DNA of 64,000 bases from NCBI RefSeq assembly GCF_035084215.1, contig NC_090360.1, positions 10,292,001-10,356,000 on the forward strand, written 5' to 3'. Shown here in pieces: positions 52,501 through 63,590 of this stretch (positions are counted from its first letter, which is position 1; each line of letters starts with the position of its first letter). Origin of the DNA: Heptranchias perlo. Lineage: Eukaryota. The position numbers were made by a program, and so were the translations under genes. Below the pieces are notes generated by a model. The model ran no database searches, was not told the origin of the DNA, and saw only the letters and a list, made by a program, of their open reading frames with translations.

Positions 52501-55500
52501 AGACCGAAGCCATTGTCTTTGGTCCCTGCCGCAAACACCGTTCCCTATCCACCGGCTCCATCCCTCTCCCTGGATACTGTCGAAGGCTGAACCAGACCGT
52601 TCGCAACCTTGGCGTCCTATTTGACCCTGAGGTGAGCTTCCAGCCACATATCCACTCCATCACCAAGACCGCCTACTTCCACCTCCGTAACATTGCCCGT
52701 CTCTGCCCCGCCTCAGCTCATCTGCTGCTGAAACTCTCATCCATGCCTTTGTTACCTCTAGACTGGACTATTCCAATGCTCTCCTAGCTGGTCTCCCATC
52801 TTCCACCCTCCATAAACTTGAGCTCATCCAAAACTCCGCTGCCTGTATCCTAACTCACACCAAGTCCCGTTTTCCCATCACCCTGTGCTTGCTGACCAAC
52901 ATTGGCTCCCGGTCCAGGAACGCCATGATTTTAAAATTCTCATCTTTGTTTTCAAATCCCTCCATGGCTTTGCCCCTCCCTACCTCTGTAACCTCCTCCA
53001 GCCCTACAACCCTCCGAGATCTCTGCGCTCCTCCAATTCTTGCCTCATGCGCATCCCCGATTTTAATCGCTCCACCATTGGCGGCCGTGCCTTCAGCTGC
53101 CTCAGCCCTAAGCTCTGGAATTCCCTCCCTAAACCTCTCTCTCCTCCTTTAAGACGCTCCTTAAAACCTACCTCTTTGACCAAGCTTTTAGTTACCTGTC
53201 CTAATACTTCCTTATGTGGCTCAGTGTCAAATTTAGTTTTGCTCCTACGAAGCGCCTTGGAATGTTTTACTACGTTAAAGGTGCTATATAAATGCACGTT
53301 GTTGTTGTTGCTGTTAATGTAATATGATTATGATTATGATTAAGGATTAAAAATATCACATAACTCAAGATAACTTTGTTAGAGTCTTTACCATATTTCA
53401 GTATCTGCCTCCTTCACTACATAGTTGCTCTGTCTGTTTGTCTCTCTCTCTCGAAAAAGGCACTGAATATTTCCACAGGCTAATGCGTGCTCTGCCCTTT
53501 TGAATTCCCGCAGCCATCGATATTATTACTGTGATGTCAAGTCACAATATCATAACTACAAAAACAGAAGGTGCACCTTGCATAAATGTGGTTTCTTTTG
53601 CTCTATTTTGTTAAATTATTCTATTTATGTGTAAAAGGGTCACATTGCCTCTCTGATTTATCGTGTGAACAGTGCAAGGATATTTTCATAAAAAGAGTCA
53701 ATAATTATGCATTGGATAAATCATACCTGTAGAAAGTAGGTGACACTGCCTCCAGACCCATTATCTTTGTCCACTGCATGTACTTTGAATATGCTACTTC
53801 CTGAAGGTATGTTCTAGCAGTTCCCAGTCCAAGAAAAAACATTAGGCATAAGAAGCTTTGCATTGAATACTTGTCAGTCACCAATTAAGGAATTTACAGT
53901 TCTGAAAAGAAACTTACCTCAGGGACACTAATGATATAAGGTGTCTTAATAAACTCTGGGCTCTCATCATTGGCATCTGTTACAAGTATTCGAACCTTTT
54001 CGACAACCTGTAAACACAAATACAAACATAAACACAGCTATCATTGTGCGCTGGAAGAAGATTTTGCAGACCTGTATCCATGTTACCTGAAACCTCATTT
54101 AGAAAGAATTACAGAACAAAACAATATCACAAATTCTATACATCACATACACTAAAAGCAATAATTCAGGAAAATATTTTTCCTTGAGAATAATTTTGAC
54201 AAAAAGCCCTCTGGTGATAATACAAAAATGGAACGCTCACCCTGAATGTACCTGAATTATTGTGTTCTGAAATAACACTATATACATTTAAAAGGGTCCA
54301 TGCATGTTACATTGTTTCTCAGGCAGGTATTCTCAGTACTAAGCAGGCACTTCTAAATGAATGAAGAGTGGTAGAATTATATCAAATGCTAGTTGCAGAA
54401 GTATTTCTCAAATCAGTTCATAAACTGAACACACATCATTTTGCCACTTTAAAATGATTTTGTTCGCCCAAGGAACTGTACTGGCTAACTATGATATTTC
54501 TAAGAAGTTGTAATGAATCACAAGATTGCTCCTACAAATCATAAAGGTCACAAATCATTGAGAGCTCTGTCCAAAGCCACGTTCTTAAGGAAAGGAATGC
54601 ATGGCCACTTTGATCTTGAAATACTTTTTTTTTTGGTTTAGTAAAGGATGTCTGTGATTCAAAGTGGTTGCTGCTTTGTACTTTGTTTACTTGGGCTGGT
54701 GCTGTAAGAGTATTATCCTCTTTCAGTGTTTACGTATGTGCTGGCCTTCTGTGCAAACCAGGAGGATTAGAGTACAGAAAGCTAGCAGTGGAAAAGGCCC
54801 TGATGAGATTACTGATACCCAGTATTTAGCACAGACTGCGACCTTTTCAAACCATGGAGTAAATTTTAACCCCACGAACGGGTGGGTTGGGGGTGGGTGG
54901 GAGGGTAAAAATTGCAAAAAAATGTAAACCCCAACCCAACCCGCGCACTTCTGGTTTTAACGGAGGTGGGTCAAGGAGCGGGCGACCAACCCGCTCTCAG
55001 GAGGCAGGTCAGTCAGTAAAATCTTTTAAGGAGGCTGTGTGCCTCCATTTTAACAGCGTTTTTATTTTTAATTCTTGGGGGCCTTCTGTTTCACGCCACG
55101 TAAGAGGAGGCGAGAAGGCCCAGATCAACAGGTAAGTGCCTTTATTGCACTGCTTGTGGGCCAGGAGGAGCAGGAGTGTTTCCTTCAGGCCCAACAAGCC
55201 TACATGCTGCGATCCCACACACCCAATCAACCGAACCCCGCCCATGTTTGACCCCCCCCCCCCCAACGATCTCTGACTCTCCCCCCACCACGAGCTCTGA
55301 CCCCCCCCCTAATGTCCATGACTGAGCCCCTGATGACCAACCCCCCCATGACTGCCACTCCTGGTGACTCCCCCATGACCCCTGACCCGATGACTCCCCC
55401 ATGACCCCTGACCCCCCCCCACCATGACTGAATCCCACACCCCACCCTGATCTAAGACTTACCTGCTGGCATCCGATCCCTGGCTGCTCTCCCGTCCAAC

Positions 55501-58500
55501 TGACAGCCAGCAGGAAACTTACTGAAAAAAATTGAAAGACGCCCTCACGTCAAAATCAGATGGATGTCCAGGAAACCCATACTTCCGGGTTTCCCATCAG
55601 GAAATCCCCACCCCACTGCTCTCTTCTCGGCTCCCCATTCAAATTTGCCCCCATTGTGTATGGATGACAGAAATTACTAATTATTACTCTGGCTCAAAAA
55701 TCCTTCCCACTTGCTCAATGTCTATTTTAAAAACTTCTGCTCCACTGATTTATTTTTGCCTCACCCCCCACCCCAACTGCTTCATGTTCACATTTGCCTC
55801 CTCTTGCGCAAAGTCCACTTCAACATCTCCTCCCTCCCCCCCCCGCCAATTACCACTCTCTCTTGGCCTCAGTCTCACAGTAATACAAAGAGCAATATGG
55901 AGGAAAATGGAAAGAATTTCCTCGCTTTCGTGTGAGTGAAAGACAAAGAGAGAGTGGCTGCCAAGCTAGCGGCACAGGTAAGAAGCAGATAGTTGGATGC
56001 AGATGTTGAATTGGAGGCAGGGTTTCAGGCGACCATGGAGTTGAGTATGGGGGGATTGAAGCAATCAAACTTCAGATGAGCAGAATATTAAGTGAGGAAA
56101 TGAAAGGTATTGGGCTGTGTTAGATATAAATGAATCATTGGCTTTCAACACCTCCATCAGTTGATCATTACCAAAACAAGAAAACACGTTGTTAATTGCT
56201 TTTGCTAATGTTTCAATGAGAAAGCATTACATATGCACCTGTCAAGATCCTAATTCAACTATTTTGATTTGATCTTACTGTACGGAAAATGTCTCAGAAC
56301 AGAGAGACCATAGCTTTGTAATGTGTAACAAGTCTTACTTTATTCACACCGTCAGAAATACTGACAAGTACTTCAACTTCATCTTCTTTCTGGAAAAAAG
56401 GAAACAACACACTTAGATATTATTGAATAAAATATAATGGTTGATGTTCCGAGTGAGAACCGCAGCCAGCAGGACCGTACTTTGGGAAATTACCCCTTCC
56501 ACGTGAGGACCATGCCCGTGATTTCGCAACCAGTGCTCCCCATTTGGTAAGGCTCCAAGACGGGATTGTGCATTCTGAAACACAACCCCATAGTGTATAT
56601 CTCATTGTTGTTAATAGTCACCACACGTTTGATAACCTGACTACATTACAAAAGTACTTCATTGGCTGTAAAGCACTTTGGGACATCCTGAGGTCATGAA
56701 AGGTGCTATATAAATGTAAGTTCTTTCTTTAAATTTTGCTATGGACCAGTGACAAAAGCAAGCCTTTCGTCAAGAATGAATAACTGCAGGGACTAGTTGG
56801 CAGAGCAGATTAGATTATTGTCTTTTCATCTCCATCTGAATGCAAAACCGTCAAATGGGGGGGGAAAAATCTCTCTTTTAATAGCTTTAAGAGTTCTAAG
56901 TGAAATGAATCGGGTCCATCTCAATCTAATGAGTGCAGGTTCATCAAAAATGTGGTCTTAATTCAGCATCAATTGGCAAGCTCACTCACAGGGGGCAGAG
57001 GGAATAAGCAGTACAGCATATGACACTCGAACCAAGAATGTTTGATATGGACAATGGATGCAGCTGGATGAGGGAATGATATAAAGCTTCATTAGTCTAG
57101 ATCACTGAAAATAGGCTACACCGTATTCTTTAAATACATAAAGTGGGAGTTCAAATGGGATTCTGGATTTTATATGTAGATTGAATATAAAAACAAACAG
57201 TTGATGTTGAATTTATGTAGGATAGTTGGTTAGGCCACAGTTGGATTATTACACTCAGTTATAGGAAGAATGGTACAGCCATCGAAAGGGTCCAGTGAAT
57301 ATTCTTTAGATTGATACATAAAATGAGAAGCTATGGTTATGCCGAAACACTCAAAAAACTGGCTCAAAAAGGAGATTAAGGAGGAATTAATCGAAATTTT
57401 AAAAATTTTGAAAGATTTTGAGAGGGTAAAGAATGACTGTGCTCACTGGCTAATGATTTGGTAATAAGGGGGCGTAATCTCAGGATTATCACTATGAGGG
57501 GGAAGTTAGAAGAATTTTTTCAGTTATTGGAACGTGGAATGCTTTACTACAAGTAGATGTTGAAGTTGAGACTATAGGGCAAATCCAGCAAAGTTGTGCT
57601 TTTGTGAGCCAGAGATGGAGCTGTAAACACGATCGCACTGATTCTCTGGCCCAGGCTCCCATCTAGCGAGGCTCTGCATTGGGAGCACAAAATTTACCCT
57701 TATTATCGTTTTAAAGGGAACTGGATAAGTATATTAAACAGAGCATAGAAGGACAAGGAAATGGGATTAGAGTAAAAAGCTCCAGATGAAGAACTAGCAC
57801 CAGCACTGGTGCGATGGGCTGAATAGCCTCCTTCTGTGTTATAATTTCTATGATTTCTTGTTTCTTTGATAAGTAGTGTCTACCAGTTGAATTGAAAAAT
57901 ATGATAGTAAAATAAAACAGTAACGAGCCTTACCTCTCTGTCCAGCTCCTGCACCAAAGTGACATTGCCTGTTTGTGGATCCACTGCAAAATAGTGTTTT
58001 GATCCAGGTTCAAAAGTCATGTCATAAGTGACTGAATTTCCCTCTAGATCTGTACCATTTAAAGTGTACAGATGTGATCCTAGGGAGGAATGCAAAATAT
58101 ACATCTTATATCAGCTGGATGACTTTAGGAATTTCAATTTAGTCCTTTTGTTTAGCGCATGTGAAGGAGCAACACATTTATTCAGTGCACTTTTTAGGGA
58201 TTGGGTGTGTAACAGGTATCTTGGGAGTACCTTCACCACATGAACTGCAGTGGTTCAAGAAGGCGGCTCACCACCACCTTCTAAAGGGCAATTAGGGATG
58301 GGCAATAAATGCTGGCCTTGCCAGCGACGCCCACATCCCATGAATGAATAAAAAAGAAGGTAATGCACAAATGAGGAGCCAATCAATACACCTACAATAA
58401 AGCTACTGAATCATTCATTAGCCCATAAGCACTGTGTAGTAATTTTGCAAGGTGAGATGAGGTGAGGCAGGAGGGCGAGTCGCAGAATTGGCCCTGTAGT

Positions 58501-60509
58501 GTTACATTCCCAGCTCCAACCCACACTCCTGTTTAGTAAGCTTCCACGGAGCCTCATGATATTATCCCTTAAAAATAAAGCACAGAACAACAATCCAGCT
58601 GTGGAGCTGCAGGTTTGAGTGCACCACCCTCCATCACCTGAAAGGGGGAACCAGCCTAGATATTCACATTTTGGAAGGCCTTCATGAGTTTGAGGAAGGA
58701 AGACAAGATGAGTCACTGACTTCGAGTGAGGAAAGAGTAGAGATGTTGGCTGAAGAAGGTCTCTATACTGCTGAATTCCAGCATCAATAGCCTTGCTCAG
58801 TTATTTCATGATTTGACCTCGTGAGGCCAACAATGAAATGGAAGAAACGTCATGAACATGAACTGGTGAAAAAATTGCTTATCTCAATGCGTAATGTGAT
58901 GCAAACTGTCTGTGAAGGGCTGAAAAATCTACTGCCCAGTTGGGCAATATACTGCACCAAGAGGTGTCTGCTTTGCTAGCTGCCATTGAGCAGGGAAGTT
59001 GTCAGAAGTGTGCTGCACCTTTCAGGCTTCAGAGAGCCCAAATCTGGCGGGCTAGGCCATTTGCATGGCTGGTCACACCCCAGATGCCGACTTGCCTGCT
59101 GGTAGGGCCTTGTGCCTGGAAAGGGGAGCAGGAGCCCAGGCGTAATTACAGGCTTGAGAGGCCTGCAGCTCTGGGACCGGGCTGCTGGCCTTGGGACCTG
59201 CTGACTCTGTTGCAGATCAGCATCTAAAACATGCAGGATCCTGTCCAAGATAAAAGAATAAAGTGTGATAGTGTTCATCTCGAGACCATAAATAAATACA
59301 GTGCTCTAAACACGTAAGAGCTCTGTGTTAAGTGTTCAACCTGGTCGGACAAAATGTATAAGAGAGTATGGGCTGATACTCCTTCCACTCTGGCAGAATA
59401 CATTAGAAGCATGCATGACACTCCCAGTGTGGAACCTTTGTTGCCAGCAGCAGAGATCAGAGAATTGGGCGCAGAGGTCAGTGTGCCTGATTCTCTCCTG
59501 ATTTCCCAAGATTCATCTTAATACCTGTAAAATTGGGAGTGTCGTGGATCAGGCACACTGATATCTGCGTACAATTCTCCATTCCACACTCCTGTCAATG
59601 AGGCTCTATGCTGGGAACAAGCATTGCAAAATTTACCCTTGGTTCTCAAAGAAGTGTCTGTAACACATACCTACAGGTGTGTCCTCAGGAATGCTCAACA
59701 TTGCCATGTTTCCATTGGTGCTGTTTGGTGCATTGTCATAGAAGTAAGGAGCATAATCTGCTTGAACTGAGGAGAAATTCAACTCCAAGTTAACCATTAG
59801 CTTGTCCAAGACTTTTAAATCATCAAACAAGGTGTGAGTATTATGAACGCTGGAAGCCACTTAACACAATCTTCTCATTCAAAAGGATTACTTTAAATTA
59901 TTCATAAATAGTGTTCTACAATCTAGTGGTTACTGGACTTCATTCAAAACCAATGTGGACAATTTGGCAACAGTTTCATATAATATCTGTCTATAGAAGC
60001 AGTAGCTGATTGGGTCAGTGTAACAACAATTGAACTCTTGTAAATTGTTGCGGAATTTATTATTTAAAATACATTTTCTGACAAGTTCTTATAATTATAT
60101 AACAAAGTGCTTACTGACTGAAACGGTGAATGCAGACATAGTGAGGAAACAGAAAATGGTGAGACATCGTGTTCTTGCCCCATGGTCATGCAACATATAA
60201 TATGATCACAAAATATCTACTAAAAAGTCACCAAACCACCTTCCAAAAACAAAACCACATTCAATGTTAAATGTTAAAATAGTTCAGTCAAAGGAATATC
60301 CTAATTGATACTATTATTCGAAATGAACGGTTTGGACGACACAGCCCCTGATGTACGATGATAATTACATTGAGGATTATTGTGGATTACGCTACTTTGA
60401 TCATGCTGTTTCAGACCTTTTTAAAATATGTAGATAAGGTGTACTTACCTAGAGAGATGTATGTCACGGTGAAAAGAATGGATTTGCAGCAAATCTCTAC
60501 ATGCTTCAT
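31017..60509 (-). CDS. CDHR1: CDHR1 (photoreceptor cadherin, PCDH21), 17 coding exons, 869 aa
   Basis: Six cadherin repeats, TM and Pro-rich tail ending [14 protein letters not shown]...; exon sizes 61,96,146,51,90,87,117,144,79,101,204,153,165,68,229,255,564 sum to 2610 nt in frame, all GT-AG. Confidence 0.96.
32360..32365 (-). terminator. Candidate polyA signal for alternative CDHR1 terminal exon
   Basis: AATAAA on minus strand about 135 nt after the alternative exon stop. Confidence 0.4.
32501..32713 (-). CDS. CDHR1: CDHR1 alternative (duplicated) terminal exon: TM and short basic tail
   Basis: TTTTAACATTTCCAG acceptor in phase 0; [50 protein letters not shown]...KRPPQKKSG*; aligns without gaps to the start of exon 17. 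Confidence 0.72.
   Translation of the reverse strand: MKSRLNTFILGLRNQPWRIFRICVSMIILIVALTVIMSGLMFWKTAKRSRTHPRCMARKIVKRPPQKKSG
33781..34035 (-). CDS. CDHR1: CDHR1 exon 16
   Basis: [17 protein letters not shown]...[23 protein letters not shown]; donor GTAAGT. Confidence 0.95.
34520..35030 (+). mobile_element. Degenerate L2-like LINE 3' fragment
   Basis: Collinear with about 52730-53315. Confidence 0.55.
35470..35900 (-). mobile_element. CR1 LINE 3' fragment
   Basis: [26 protein letters not shown] followed by CR1 3'UTR. Confidence 0.85.
35960..36188 (-). CDS. CDHR1: CDHR1 exon 15
   Basis: [21 protein letters not shown]...[10 protein letters not shown]...PVKVE; 229 bp. Confidence 0.95.
36370..36645 (+). 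mobile_element. Degenerate CR1 3' fragment
   Basis: [10 protein letters not shown] motif; tail TTTTATGATTCT. Confidence 0.65.
39154..39264. repeat. Short palindromic hairpin element (MITE-like)
   Basis: About 38-bp arms CATTTGTTTGAAATTCCTCTCTCTGCTATTTCAGTGGAG / CTCCACTGAAATAGGAGAGAGAGGAATTTCAGACAAATG. Confidence 0.75.
39759..40176. mobile_element. Harbinger-type MITE
   Basis: TIRs GGGCTCAAAATTCCTG / CAGGAATTATGGGCCC. Confidence 0.65.
40631..40698 (-). CDS. CDHR1: CDHR1 exon 14
   Basis: [22 protein letters not shown](L); 68 bp. Confidence 0.93.
41038..41330 (+). mobile_element. tRNA-head SINE with LINE-derived tail
   Basis: A box TAGTGTAGTGG and B box GAGTTCAAATTCC; tail GGGCAATAAAT...GCCCACATC shared with the LINE at 24626-25178. 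Confidence 0.7.
42177..42341 (-). CDS. CDHR1: CDHR1 exon 13
   Basis: [32 protein letters not shown]...[13 protein letters not shown]; 165 bp. Confidence 0.95.
42433..42585 (-). CDS. CDHR1: CDHR1 exon 12
   Basis: [51 protein letters not shown]; 153 bp. Confidence 0.95.
43292..44661 (-). mobile_element. Internally deleted PIF/Harbinger DNA transposon with transposase remnant
   Basis: [11 protein letters not shown]...[12 protein letters not shown]...[16 protein letters not shown] (Harbinger DDE motif), frameshifted and truncated; imperfect TIRs GGGGATTATGTTGG / CCAATTTCGTCCCC. Confidence 0.85.
45055..45190 (+). mobile_element. CR1-type 3' tail
   Basis: GGGCCGAAGGGCCTGTTTCCATGCTGT...TCTATGATTCTA. 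Confidence 0.7.
45405..45608 (-). CDS. CDHR1: CDHR1 exon 11
   Basis: VSEVNP...[18 protein letters not shown]...[13 protein letters not shown]; 204 bp. Confidence 0.95.
46990..47090 (-). CDS. CDHR1: CDHR1 exon 10
   Basis: (G)[33 protein letters not shown]; 101 bp. Confidence 0.92.
48764..48842 (-). CDS. CDHR1: CDHR1 exon 9
   Basis: [26 protein letters not shown]; 79 bp. Confidence 0.93.
49336..49801 (+). mobile_element. Full-length Deu-domain SINE (SacSINE1/AmnSINE1-like)
   Basis: tRNA-like head (GTGGCTCAGTG...GGTTCGAGCCC), Deu core GGATGAGATGTTAAACCGAGGCCC...AAAGATCCCATGGCACTA, tail GGCGCTATATAAATGCAAG. Confidence 0.85.
50765..50908 (-). CDS. CDHR1: CDHR1 exon 8
   Basis: [48 protein letters not shown]; 144 bp. 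Confidence 0.95.
51005..51121 (-). CDS. CDHR1: CDHR1 exon 7
   Basis: [39 protein letters not shown]; 117 bp. Confidence 0.93.
51309..51493. mobile_element. Palindromic MITE
   Basis: GTAATTTTAACTTTTGGTGATAGTATAAAATG / CGTTTTACACTATCGCCAAAAGTTAAAATTAC; a related half copy at about 5107-5205. Confidence 0.7.
52125..53315 (+). mobile_element. L2-like LINE 3' fragment (RT C-terminus)
   Basis: [55 protein letters not shown]...PKLWNSLP; (GTT)n tail. Confidence 0.92.
53727..53813 (-). CDS. CDHR1: CDHR1 exon 6
   Basis: [29 protein letters not shown]; 87 bp. Confidence 0.95.
53918..54007 (-). CDS. CDHR1: CDHR1 exon 5
   Basis: [30 protein letters not shown]; 90 bp. Confidence 0.95.
54856..55652. mobile_element. 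Non-autonomous Harbinger-like element with C-rich internal repeats
   Basis: Ends GGAGTAAATTTTAAC / TTCAAATTTGCCCC; homologous to 30049-30940 and 9649-10046. Confidence 0.7.
56339..56389 (-). CDS. CDHR1: CDHR1 exon 4
   Basis: [17 protein letters not shown]; 51 bp; TTTTTTCCAG acceptor, GTAAGA donor. Confidence 0.92.
57050..57858 (+). mobile_element. Very degenerate CR1 3' fragment with a small MITE inserted at about 57576-57700
   Basis: [19 protein letters not shown] remnants; CR1 tail GGGCTGAATAGCCTCCTTCTGTG...TTCTATGATT. Confidence 0.6.
57934..58079 (-). CDS. CDHR1: CDHR1 exon 3
   Basis: (G)[18 protein letters not shown]...[12 protein letters not shown]; 146 bp. Confidence 0.95.
59460..59580. 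repeat. Short palindromic MITE-like hairpin
   Basis: GAGAATTGGGCGCAGAGGTCAGTGTGCCTGAT / ATCAGGCACACTGATATCTGCGTACAATTCTC. Confidence 0.65.
59671..59766 (-). CDS. CDHR1: CDHR1 exon 2
   Basis: (V)[31 protein letters not shown]; 96 bp. Confidence 0.95.
60449..60509 (-). CDS. CDHR1: CDHR1 coding exon 1 (signal peptide)
   Basis: [20 protein letters not shown]; consensus donor TAG|GTAAGT in phase 1, joining exon 2 as ...LVQA. Confidence 0.8.
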
Positions 60510-60620
60510 TATAGCAGAGCAACAGAGTTGTTTCTTGAAAGTAATATTGATGTTATTCCAGAGGGAGCATTCTGATGGACCTTGGACAGAACCTGGCACT
60601 GGACAGAAGGAGTAGCAGCA

Positions 60621-60720
60621 GCTAAGATTTTAATCTGATGACTCATTGTTCTGAGGAGACTAGAAGCTGCTTTCTTGGGTAAATCCATCACATAACTGAC
60701 AACAGATTTAAATCTGCCAT
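60621..60720 (-). promoter_or_regulatory. Putative CDHR1 proximal promoter (CRX/OTX-type site and bZIP TGACTCA site)
   Basis: TAATCT at 60631 and TGACTCA at 60639, about 120-135 bp upstream of the ATG. Confidence 0.4.
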
Positions 60721-62899
60721 TTACATGATTGGGGACCCTTCCCCCTTCCCAAAAAAACTCCCAAAAATGCTTGGGGTCATCACGATAAATAACCATCTCG
60801 GTAAGTTTACAGAACCGAAAGCATTGCTGAATTTTCATTATCAGTCCTTACATGTGAACAATGCAAAATTATCATTAATGAGGATGAGTAATAACGGAGA
60901 CATTTCTCAGGTGAAGTTTAGGTTTCTGCAACTTGTTCCTTTAACTTTTTGAATATCTTTTGTTTCCAATGTTTAATACGTATGCATGGCGGTAGCACTG
61001 TGTCCACAGATAGCTGATCGAGCTTTCGCCCTCGAAACCGTGAAATGCTCTAGCTTTGTGGGCAGTAGGTTATGTAATATTTGCCCTTAGTTTACTGCAT
61101 TATACCACTTAAAGGGGCACAGTCTTCACAAAAAAAAAGCAAACAATAAAGTAAAAATGTGCAAAAGAATAAACGTCCAAAAGAATAAAGCTGTGCATTG
61201 AACAAAGTGCAAAAATGGAACCCTGAAACTCATACATCCAATTATCTGAAAATCAATCCCAAACGACCACAACTGAGCTCGTAGAAAAAGAAAATCTACG
61301 ATTTTCATTAGGCCCCGGTTTTTGGTGCCGAAAGCAATGCCTGTGCATTTCTCGGACAACCCACAGGGAGTCACCGAATTACCATATTTTGGTACAATGA
61401 AAAAAAAGAACTAGCACTCTTCACATCTTCAAGATGCCTCAAAAGCGTTTCACAACCAAATAATTGTTTTCGAATATGTAGTCACTGTTGTTTTGTAGGC
61501 AAGCGTGGCAGCCAATTTAAGCACAAGTAGGCCTCAGCAACAGCAAATGAAAATAATGACTGGCTAATCTGTTTTGGTGGTGTTGATTGAGGGATAAATG
61601 TTGGCCAGGGCACCAGGAGAACTCCCCTGCTCTTCCCCTGCGTATTCTTCAAGCATTTCACAATTTTGTGTTAATTTCCTGTTAAAATTGCTTTTATTAA
61701 AATAGTTGATGAATTTGTGAATATGTGCTCTGTGATACAAAATAATGCCGTGTAGATCATTGACCTTATATTTAGGCATTTGAAGAAATGCAGAATGTGG
61801 GAAGTTTTTTTTAATGATGGCTTCATCATATAACCCACAACGTTCAAGCACTGCCATTTACTCCCTCAATGCAAAGAAAGTATCCGCCAATTTATTGCAG
61901 TTTATAACTTATTTTCATTGGGTTTTCACCTCTTCTGAACCGTGCGAGACTATTCCAAATTTATTTCCACATTCCAGTAATTAAGAACCGGGGATTCCAG
62001 CACTGAATGAGTTGAATATCGCAAAAGCTGCTGTCCTATTCTGTGAGTCGGTACGAAACAGAGAAACTGCATCATTGCAGCCATCAAAATTACAGCAGGA
62101 TTAAAACAACCAAATGGTCCGTCCAATCTTGTCAGGTGGTGTTCTGCATCCCTGGCAACAATCCTCCAAATAGTTTCTCACCAGACAAACTAAAATCCCA
62201 TTGGTTTTGGATGTTTCAATCTGAAAAAGAAAACTGGAAATTATCATATTAGTTTCATGAATCAATAAGCTTTTTATTCACCTTATGAATTTTCTCCTCT
62301 CCTTGTGGTGCGAACTCCTTGCTGGTGTACAGTTCTATGGGCACCAATCATTCTTCAGTACCTTGCCCAAATGGCCATTATTCATTAATGAGTCTTGACA
62401 ATGTCCTGTTTGGCCGCAAAACAGCATTGCAGTCAAGCCCAATCCTGTACTTAGCTGACAGCCACGTGTTCACTTGTAGCAAGGGTCACTGAATGGCAAT
62501 CAAGAGAGGACACAATTTTCCTCCTGAACTCAGAGGAACTAAGGCTGATTGTGATGTTCTTGTTTTGTCATGAACAGTTGATCCCCAATCAGAAATCATG
62601 AGAATAGCCTTGAAAAAGTCCTGAATTTTAGCCAGGAGTTGTCAAGATACAATTCTGTGTCTATTCTGATTCTGATAAGACCCAGCTTATTCCTGCACAG
62701 AAAAATAGCCCAATAGCTGAAAAGAAATTTATATTGTTTTTGAAAGTGCCATGAATTTATAATTTGTTATGTTGGCAGAACTTGGACCGACATGGTTTAG
62801 AATATAGGAGCAGGAGTAGGCCATTCAGCCCGTCGAACCTATTCCACGTGGTCTGCATGTGGATGTTAGGACAGGGTGGAGGGTCCTATGGGCTATGTC

Positions 62900-63590
62900 A
62901 ATATTTGTACAGTGGGGCATTGGGACAGTGTCAAAATTTGTAGTAGGGTTCTTGGGACTGTGTAAAACATTTGTAGTGCATGCCTGGGACTGTATGAAAA
63001 CTTGTAGTGGGTCCCTGGGACTGTGTAATAATTTGTAGTGGGTCCCTGGGACTGTGTAATAATTTGTAGAGGGTCCCTGGGACTGTGTAATAATTTGTAG
63101 AGGGTCCCTGGGACTGTGTAATAATTTGTAGAGGGTCCCTGGGACTGTGTAATAATTTGTAGAGGGACTGTGTAAAACATTTATAGAGGGTTCCTGGGAC
63201 TGTGTAATAATTTGTAGTGGGTCCCTGGGACTGTCTAATAATTTGTAGAGGGTCCCTGGGACTGTGTAATAATTTGTAGTGGGTCCCTGGGACTGTGTAA
63301 TAATTTGTAGTGGGTCCCTGGGACTGTGTAATAATTTGTAGTGGGACCCTGGGACTGTGTAATAATTTGTAGTGGGTCCCTGGGACTGTGTAATAATTTG
63401 TAGTGGGTCCCTGGGACTGTGTAATAATTTGTAGTGGGACCCTGGGACTGTGTAATAATTTGTAGTGGGTCCCTGGGACTGTGTAATAATTTGTAGTGGG
63501 TCCCTGGGACTGTGTAATAATTTGTAGTGGGACTGTGTAAAACATTTATAGAGGGTCCCTGGGACTGTGTAATAATTTATGGAGGGTCCA
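62900..63590. repeat. 31-bp minisatellite, about 20 copies
   Basis: Unit (T/A)GGGTCCCTGGGACTGTGTAATAATTTGTAG, degenerate at both edges. Confidence 0.95.

Noticed and set aside
58440-59270. Possible extra gene or transposon second-ORF remnant in CDHR1 intron 2
   Set aside because: No recognisable motif or consistent frame. Probably a decayed repeat, but it cannot be assigned by eye.
61126-61240. Hydrophobic minus-strand ORF as CDHR1 signal-peptide exon
   Set aside because: No suitable donor, and the hydrophobicity comes from T-rich composition. 60449-60509 fits far better.
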